A stretch of 3,958 nt of DNA from a virus. Its lineage: Duplodnaviria > Heunggongvirae > Uroviricota > Caudoviricetes. This document shows, piece by piece, positions 1-3,958 of this stretch. The notes beneath the pieces are model-generated. The model worked only from the letters and a program-made list of their open reading frames with translations, did no database searches and had not been told where the DNA came from. Location of the stretch: the IMG/VR virus record IMGVR_UViG_3300029107_000050. One strand, written 5' to 3'. A program made the translations under genes and the position numbers. Within the stretch, counting starts at the first letter, position 1. Each line of letters begins with the position of its first letter.

Positions 1-654
1 TCATTCTAGCATTTTTGTCTGGCCGGGAATGTCAGGCCAGATAATCGCCTCAACGTCCGCTTTGTTGGCGATGCTTGTGAAATCCAGTGCGTTCAGTGCG
101 TCAACGTAGTCAAGCCACGCATCCAGTGATGACTGCTCGTTTTCCGGCAGTGCACGACCAAGCAGCAATTTTGTCTGACCGACGACAAGCTGCGCTCGCG
201 CACGACTTAATAACATTTCGCGTTGCGATTCCGCCATTGTGAGCGCGGCACTGCGCTGTGCTTCCGTATCCGTCACCCACTTTTCACCGTCCCAGGTGTC
301 GTACTCTGTTGACGGCGGAAGCGTGGTTGTATTGTCGGGATACTCTCCGGGGGCAGTGATTTCCTGCGGCTCTCCCGTTTCTGTGTTGTAGACAGTCTCA
401 CCCCGATGGTCAGGCACATACTCCCACGCGGTCAGGTCGGCTGTGCGGCAAATTGCATAGCCTTCCCTGACTGCACCGGGCGCGTCCGGACAGGAATTGG
501 CCGGAATGCCAACGCCCACAGCCAGATATTCGGTTGACGTGCAAAGGTATTCCCGCGTCTTATTATCGTAGCTGTGGACAACAACCTCTCCTGCAACTGT
601 TGCCAGCCGCGATTCATTCAGCACCGCTGTAGTCATGGTTTTCTTGCTCATCAT
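1..654 (-). CDS. Tail fiber assembly protein (Tfa-type chaperone)
   Basis: 217-aa ORF from ATG 654..652 to TGA at 3..1, so the gene is complete and ends exactly at the window edge. An in-frame ATG at 636..634 (Met7) is an alternative start. The C-terminal region (...[38 protein letters not shown]...) resembles the conserved C-terminus of lambda Tfa / P2 gpG-type chaperones. It is translationally coupled to the fiber gene, the usual fiber-chaperone arrangement. Confidence 0.88.
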   Translation of the reverse strand: MMSKKTMTTAVLNESRLATVAGEVVVHSYDNKTREYLCTSTEYLAVGVGIPANSCPDAPGAVREGYAICRTADLTAWEYVPDHRGETVYNTETGEPQEITAPGEYPDNTTTLPPSTEYDTWDGEKWVTDTEAQRSAALTMAESQREMLLSRARAQLVVGQTKLLLGRALPENEQSSLDAWLDYVDALNALDFTSIANKADVEAIIWPDIPGQTKMLE

Positions 655-1415
655 GCAGCCCTTACGATGTAGTTAAATGCAATGTTACGTGGCCTTGCAT
701 AACCCAGATACTGAATCCCCCAGGCTCCGGTCGGGAGAGGATTCCAGAGATATTCTGTAGGTATACTTTTTGCTCTGAGAATATCTGAATTGGTTTCAGT
801 TTTATCCCATCCCAGCAGGGCAATGTCGTTTGCCGAAAACTGCACCACGCTGTCGGGTGATATATTGGCTTCCTGAACCAGATAAGAGCCTTTTTGCCAC
901 GACAACAACGTCCGGCTACTGTCCACTCCGCGCCCGTCATCCCAGCCACGAATAAATTCACCACGTAAATCAGGCAATATATTTGTCGGGTAAGCCTTTG
1001 CCAGTTCCGGGTATTCTTCAGCAGAAAATGCCGCCCCGTTGCATTTCAGCCAGCCTGTTGGCGGTGTGGCTGAAGGCCACGGAACAGGCACACCAACGGG
1101 TAATGCAGAGCCTTCTCCCAGACCAAGGTTTTCGAGAGCCGTTTTCACCGTGCCATCCGATTTGATATCGCCAAACGGATTCTTGCGGCTTAACAGCAGC
1201 GCACGAAGCGCGGTAAGCAACTGGTCGTTTCGCCCCTTCTCCAGGCTGGCACCGGATGCCTCCACCACGCTGCAAAGCTCCTCCTGCAACATGTCAAAGT
1301 AGTCATCATCCAGATCGGTGGCAGGCGTGCCGGTCTGGGGGTTACCACGGGTAAAACCGTTCTTACCCGCGCCGAACTTATCCTTCTGCGCGGTTTTCGT
1401 GTCTATACGATGCAT
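651..1415 (-). CDS. Phage tail fiber protein with conserved N-terminal attachment region and tail-collar domain
   Basis: 254-aa ORF from ATG 1415..1413, with a GGAG 6 nt upstream that lies inside the end of the preceding gene, to TGA 653..651. The N-terminus ([29 protein letters not shown]...) is the conserved start I recall from enterobacterial prophage side-tail-fiber proteins. Residues ~117-170 (...[22 protein letters not shown]...[19 protein letters not shown]...) look like a phage tail-collar domain. The stop overlaps the start of the downstream chaperone gene (ATGA). Confidence 0.88.
   Translation of the reverse strand: MHRIDTKTAQKDKFGAGKNGFTRGNPQTGTPATDLDDDYFDMLQEELCSVVEASGASLEKGRNDQLLTALRALLLSRKNPFGDIKSDGTVKTALENLGLGEGSALPVGVPVPWPSATPPTGWLKCNGAAFSAEEYPELAKAYPTNILPDLRGEFIRGWDDGRGVDSSRTLLSWQKGSYLVQEANISPDSVVQFSANDIALLGWDKTETNSDILRAKSIPTEYLWNPLPTGAWGIQYLGYARPRNIAFNYIVRAA
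1113..1138. other. Candidate Din-family (Hin/Gin/Cin/Pin) invertase crossover site inside the tail fiber gene
   Basis: The 26-mer ttctcccagaCCAAGGTTTTcGAgag contains ACCAAGGTTTT-GA, matching 13 of 14 positions of the core plus one half-site of hixL (TTCTTGAAAACCAAGGTTTTTGATAA) as I recall it, and 17 of 26 positions of gixL. It encodes fiber residues ~93-102 ([10 protein letters not shown]), at the boundary between the conserved N-terminus and the collar/receptor-binding part. The partner inverted copy would lie outside the window, so this cannot be confirmed here. Confidence 0.35.
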
Positions 1416-1418
1416 GGA

Positions 1419-2003
1419 TTACTCCGGATATTTAAAAATTACGTAGGTATGCGACGGGCAGAGTTTGTTAAGCACACACTCGACAACGGTGTCGCCCCAG
1501 ATACGCAGTGCGGAATCACAGGGATCGCCACATGTCATCCAGGTGGTGTTGGTGGCGGCTGGCATGTTGACCTGCCAGTAATACCGCCATTCCGGCGCAT
1601 TCACTGCGTCAGTACAGGCCGATGAGCAGGTGAACGTGCTTTTATCGTATCGCGTGATGGTGGCGTCTGGTCTGCCCAGGGCAGCAAGCTGTGCAAGGTA
1701 AAAATCCTCATTGATGCCGCCCGCCAGATTAACCTTCGCATCCAGCCGTTGCTGACGCTGGCGAAGGGTCTGCGTTCCCGCCGGAATACATTCATCCGGC
1801 AGGCCGCACAGACGCTCCCAGCGGTTTATCAGTTCAGTGGTGGTGCGCGGATCCAGCTCCCGCATCAGGGCATCCGCACGCTGATGAACGCGGGTTAATG
1901 ACGGTGCCGCACCGGCAATCGCCGGATCGCTGGCTGACCACGCCGGACCGGGGGGCAACAGTGCCGACAACAGACGGATGTAATCATCGTTTGTCACGTC
2001 CAT
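1419..2003 (-). CDS. DUF2313-family phage tail protein (YmfQ-like / Mu gp48-like)
   Basis: 194-aa ORF from ATG 2003..2001 (GGGGA about 7 nt upstream) to TAA 1421..1419. Its position between the J-like gene and the tail fiber, its length, and its sequence ([25 protein letters not shown]...) match my recollection of the YmfQ/DUF2313 family from e14-like prophages. It contains 8 cysteines arranged in four closely spaced pairs. Confidence 0.85.
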   Translation of the reverse strand: MDVTNDDYIRLLSALLPPGPAWSASDPAIAGAAPSLTRVHQRADALMRELDPRTTTELINRWERLCGLPDECIPAGTQTLRQRQQRLDAKVNLAGGINEDFYLAQLAALGRPDATITRYDKSTFTCSSACTDAVNAPEWRYYWQVNMPAATNTTWMTCGDPCDSALRIWGDTVVECVLNKLCPSHTYVIFKYPE

Positions 2004-3052
2004 GAAATCGTCCCCAGTACCGCCAGTTCATTTTTTGCAATGGAGATATTGTCCGCCGGTGCAAGCAACTGATGGCTGTATTCCCCGTTCGCACCGGAAA
2101 TCGCCTCACTGATACGCGATACCTTCAGTTCTCCCTGCGGATAACCATCACGCAGCAGGAACGAACGCAACTCCGCGGTGATGGCAGCCCGTATTTCCGG
2201 TGTGTCCGGCGTCACGCGGATATGAAAATCCACCGTATGTGCCACCGGCCTGAACACATACAAATCAGAGCCTGCCACCGGGGCCAGTGGCCCGATATGT
2301 TGTCTTGCCGCCGTTTCCGTTGATTCTTCCGGAATGGGATTAATCAGGTCACTGCTGGCAATCATCACACCGACAGTTCCCGTACCCATCCAGTGACGGT
2401 ATGTCCATGCGCGGGTAATGCCGGGCACTTCTTTAGCCCAGACGACATAGTCCCCGTCAGCCCCGCCCTGAGGCGTCCAGTAATACCGCTCAATGACGCG
2501 GGCGCGCCACGTTTCCAGATCTTCAGTATCAAATCCACCTGTCAGTGTATCTGCCACGCCGGAAGACGGCAGACCATTCACCGGCGTGACCAGGATTAAT
2601 GCCGTACCGTCGTCAGCGTTACCGACCACGCCTGTAGTTGAGCAGGTGATCGGCACGCGCAGGACACCACCGGAGCTGGTTGCATCAGCAGTTGCCGTGT
2701 ACTGAACCAGGTCATCGCGCTGAATAACACTCCCGGCGGTCACCTTCAGGCCATCGCTGACACCTTCCCAGCGCATATACCCGCTGGCAGCCGTGGCCCC
2801 CTTGCGCGGACACCGTTTCATCGCAGCATGTCGCGCCAGCCAGGACTCATCGCACAGGTCAGGCAGCATGTTCATTGCCAGATAATCGATGTACCCGTAA
2901 ACCGTATGCAGCGCCGCCGCATACACCTTTGCCCGCACGTCTTCATCCATGCGCCGGAGCGTGTCGCTGACGTCCAGCCTGGCGAATAAATCGTTACGGA
3001 GCATACTGATATTTTCTGCCAGCGTCGGGCGCTGAAATTCACTGTCCGCCAT
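1994..3052 (-). CDS. Baseplate J-like protein (Mu gp47-like baseplate wedge protein)
   Basis: 352-aa ORF from ATG 3052..3050 to a stop at 1996..1994, with a GGAG about 11 nt upstream of the start. Its length and position after the gp46-like gene fit the baseplate J/gp47 family, as do motifs such as ...[37 protein letters not shown].... It overlaps the downstream gene by 10 nt. Confidence 0.88.
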   Translation of the reverse strand: MADSEFQRPTLAENISMLRNDLFARLDVSDTLRRMDEDVRAKVYAAALHTVYGYIDYLAMNMLPDLCDESWLARHAAMKRCPRKGATAASGYMRWEGVSDGLKVTAGSVIQRDDLVQYTATADATSSGGVLRVPITCSTTGVVGNADDGTALILVTPVNGLPSSGVADTLTGGFDTEDLETWRARVIERYYWTPQGGADGDYVVWAKEVPGITRAWTYRHWMGTGTVGVMIASSDLINPIPEESTETAARQHIGPLAPVAGSDLYVFRPVAHTVDFHIRVTPDTPEIRAAITAELRSFLLRDGYPQGELKVSRISEAISGANGEYSHQLLAPADNISIAKNELAVLGTISWT

Positions 3053-3467
3053 GCGTTATCGCACTCCACAGATCATCAAAAGAAATCATTACCGGTCCGT
3101 CACGACGCCAGAGAGTGATACTGTTACCCAGTTCATTAATCCCGGTGCGGCGGATATCCAGATCAATACGGGACACCACGCCGTCATCAATCATCCATTG
3201 CAGGCATTCGCGGATATACCCCCTTACCGTCTGCACCAGCTGATTGGTCAGTTTGCTGCGCTGAAGCAGCCACAGTCGGGAGCCGTAACGGTCATTCTGT
3301 ACCGCAGGCCAGGTATCCCCCCACCATCCCATCGGGACGTCGGCGTTGTCATCAGGCTCCGCCCGCCGCCAGGTGAACAGGGAAATCACCACGGCGCGGG
3401 TCAGCGGATCCAGCGGTGCGCTGGCGCAGGTGCGTTTACCGTTCACCGTCAGCCACAGTTCCATCAT
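3039..3467 (-). CDS. Phage GP46-family baseplate protein (Mu gp46-like, functional analogue of gpW/gp25)
   Basis: 142-aa ORF beginning with tandem ATG codons (3467..3465 and 3464..3462) and ending at TGA 3041..3039. A GGAGG Shine-Dalgarno lies immediately upstream (minus-strand ...GATGGAGGC-ATGATG). Size and sequence fit the small baseplate protein that follows gpV in Mu-like tail modules. The 3' end overlaps the next gene by 14 nt. Confidence 0.85.
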   Translation of the reverse strand: MMELWLTVNGKRTCASAPLDPLTRAVVISLFTWRRAEPDDNADVPMGWWGDTWPAVQNDRYGSRLWLLQRSKLTNQLVQTVRGYIRECLQWMIDDGVVSRIDLDIRRTGINELGNSITLWRRDGPVMISFDDLWSAITHGGQ

Positions 3468-3958
3468 GCCTCCATCGCTTTATCAGGTTTGTCGGTGTTA
3501 CTGCCCTGACCGTTCTCTCTGTGACGATGCCCGTTATAGGCAAGCCGCATCGCTGACATGGTGGTGCCGCCGGAGTCGCACAGGTCTTTCACCTGTCCTG
3601 TCACTTCCAGGTCCATTTCAAAACGTGCTCTGGGCGCATTGCGAAACGTGATCGTTTTACCTGCACCGTCCACCACGATCCCCTCCCGGGCCAGCGTCAC
3701 GGACTGCCCCTGATCGTCATAGACAGCCACCTCACCCGTCTGCAGCCCTTTCAGGCGGTAGCGCCGGTCCGACACCGTAACAACCACCGCATGAGAACGG
3801 TCGCCATCCGGAAACAACACCACCGCTTCCGCACCGCTGTTTGCCCTTGCGGTAAAACCGTAGGGTTCAAGATGTTCAACCCCGGCTTTGGGTTCACCGG
3901 CAATCAGGGACACATCCACGGTCTGACATTTCGTGGCGGCACTGATGCTTTTCACCAC
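3464..3958 (-). CDS. Phage baseplate assembly protein V-like (Mu gp45-like baseplate spike/hub); 5' end at or beyond the window edge
   Basis: Open frame of 164 codons running from the window edge (first in-window codon GTG at 3958..3956) to a TGA at 3466..3464. The translation (e.g. ...YRLKGLQTGEVAVYDDQGQSVTLAREGIVVDGAGKTITFRNAPRARFEMDLEVTGQV...) matches my recollection of the gpV/gp45 baseplate family. Its stop overlaps the next gene's start in an ATGA arrangement. Mu gp45 is about 197 aa, so the true start is probably upstream of the window. Confidence 0.8.
   Translation of the reverse strand: MVKSISAATKCQTVDVSLIAGEPKAGVEHLEPYGFTARANSGAEAVVLFPDGDRSHAVVVTVSDRRYRLKGLQTGEVAVYDDQGQSVTLAREGIVVDGAGKTITFRNAPRARFEMDLEVTGQVKDLCDSGGTTMSAMRLAYNGHRHRENGQGSNTDKPDKAMEA

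Noticed and set aside
18-41. Inverted repeat tctggcc-(10 nt)-ggccaga that could form a 7-bp hairpin
   Set aside because: It lies inside the 3' end of the tail fiber assembly gene, about 15 nt upstream of its stop, and has no following T-tract on either strand, so it is not a credible intrinsic terminator. It is short enough to occur by chance.
1347-1367. Second possible invertase half-site (acgggtAAAACCgttcttacc) in the fiber N-terminal coding region
   Set aside because: Only the AAAACC hexamer matches hix/gix-type sites and the flanking positions do not. It also falls in the conserved N-terminal region (around residue 20), where a crossover would not make biological sense.
432-3069. Minus-strand ORFs in alternative frames (432..617, 662..964, 1018..1275, 1601..1795, 2872..3069)
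   Set aside because: Each is nested inside a longer minus-strand gene in a different frame and has an implausible composition. The longer frames give recognisable phage protein sequences, so these are frame artefacts.
983-3651. Plus-strand ORFs of 60-152 aa (983..1165, 1039..1302, 1410..1625, 2072..2323, 2393..2599, 2493..2705, 3051..3509, 3346..3651)
   Set aside because: Each lies entirely antisense to a long, well-supported minus-strand structural gene. Their translations are low-complexity and rich in Arg/Pro/Ser/Cys, typical of shadow ORFs in GC-rich coding sequence, and none has a convincing ribosome-binding site or recognisable family.
1-3958. Possibility of a novel defence, toxin or other undescribed system hidden in this window
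   Set aside because: All 3958 bases are accounted for by six back-to-back structural genes with recognisable phage baseplate and fiber families. There is no intergenic space above 3 nt and no unexplained ORF, repeat array or RNA-like region. Nothing in the sequence supports such a claim beyond the invertible-cassette hypothesis.

Overview
The window is a contiguous, minus-strand block of six tightly packed phage structural genes: a Mu/e14-like prophage baseplate and tail-fiber module. In transcription order (high to low coordinates) these are a baseplate assembly protein V-like gene (5' end at or beyond the window edge), a Mu gp46-like baseplate protein, a baseplate J-like (gp47) protein, a DUF2313/YmfQ/Mu gp48-like tail protein, a short tail fiber with a tail-collar domain, and a tail fiber assembly chaperone whose stop codon sits at bases 3..1. 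Adjacent genes overlap by 4-14 nt or are separated by 3 nt, so there is no room for independent promoters or terminators. I found no tRNA, rRNA, CRISPR array or IS element. All family assignments are from reading the translations; no database search was run. I see no convincing evidence of a novel system. The most interesting signal is a hix/gix-like sequence inside the tail-fiber gene at 1113..1138, which suggests the fiber C-terminus and chaperone lie in a Din-invertase invertible host-range cassette whose other half and invertase would be outside the window. The fiber's receptor-binding end also shows a clear drop in GC content.
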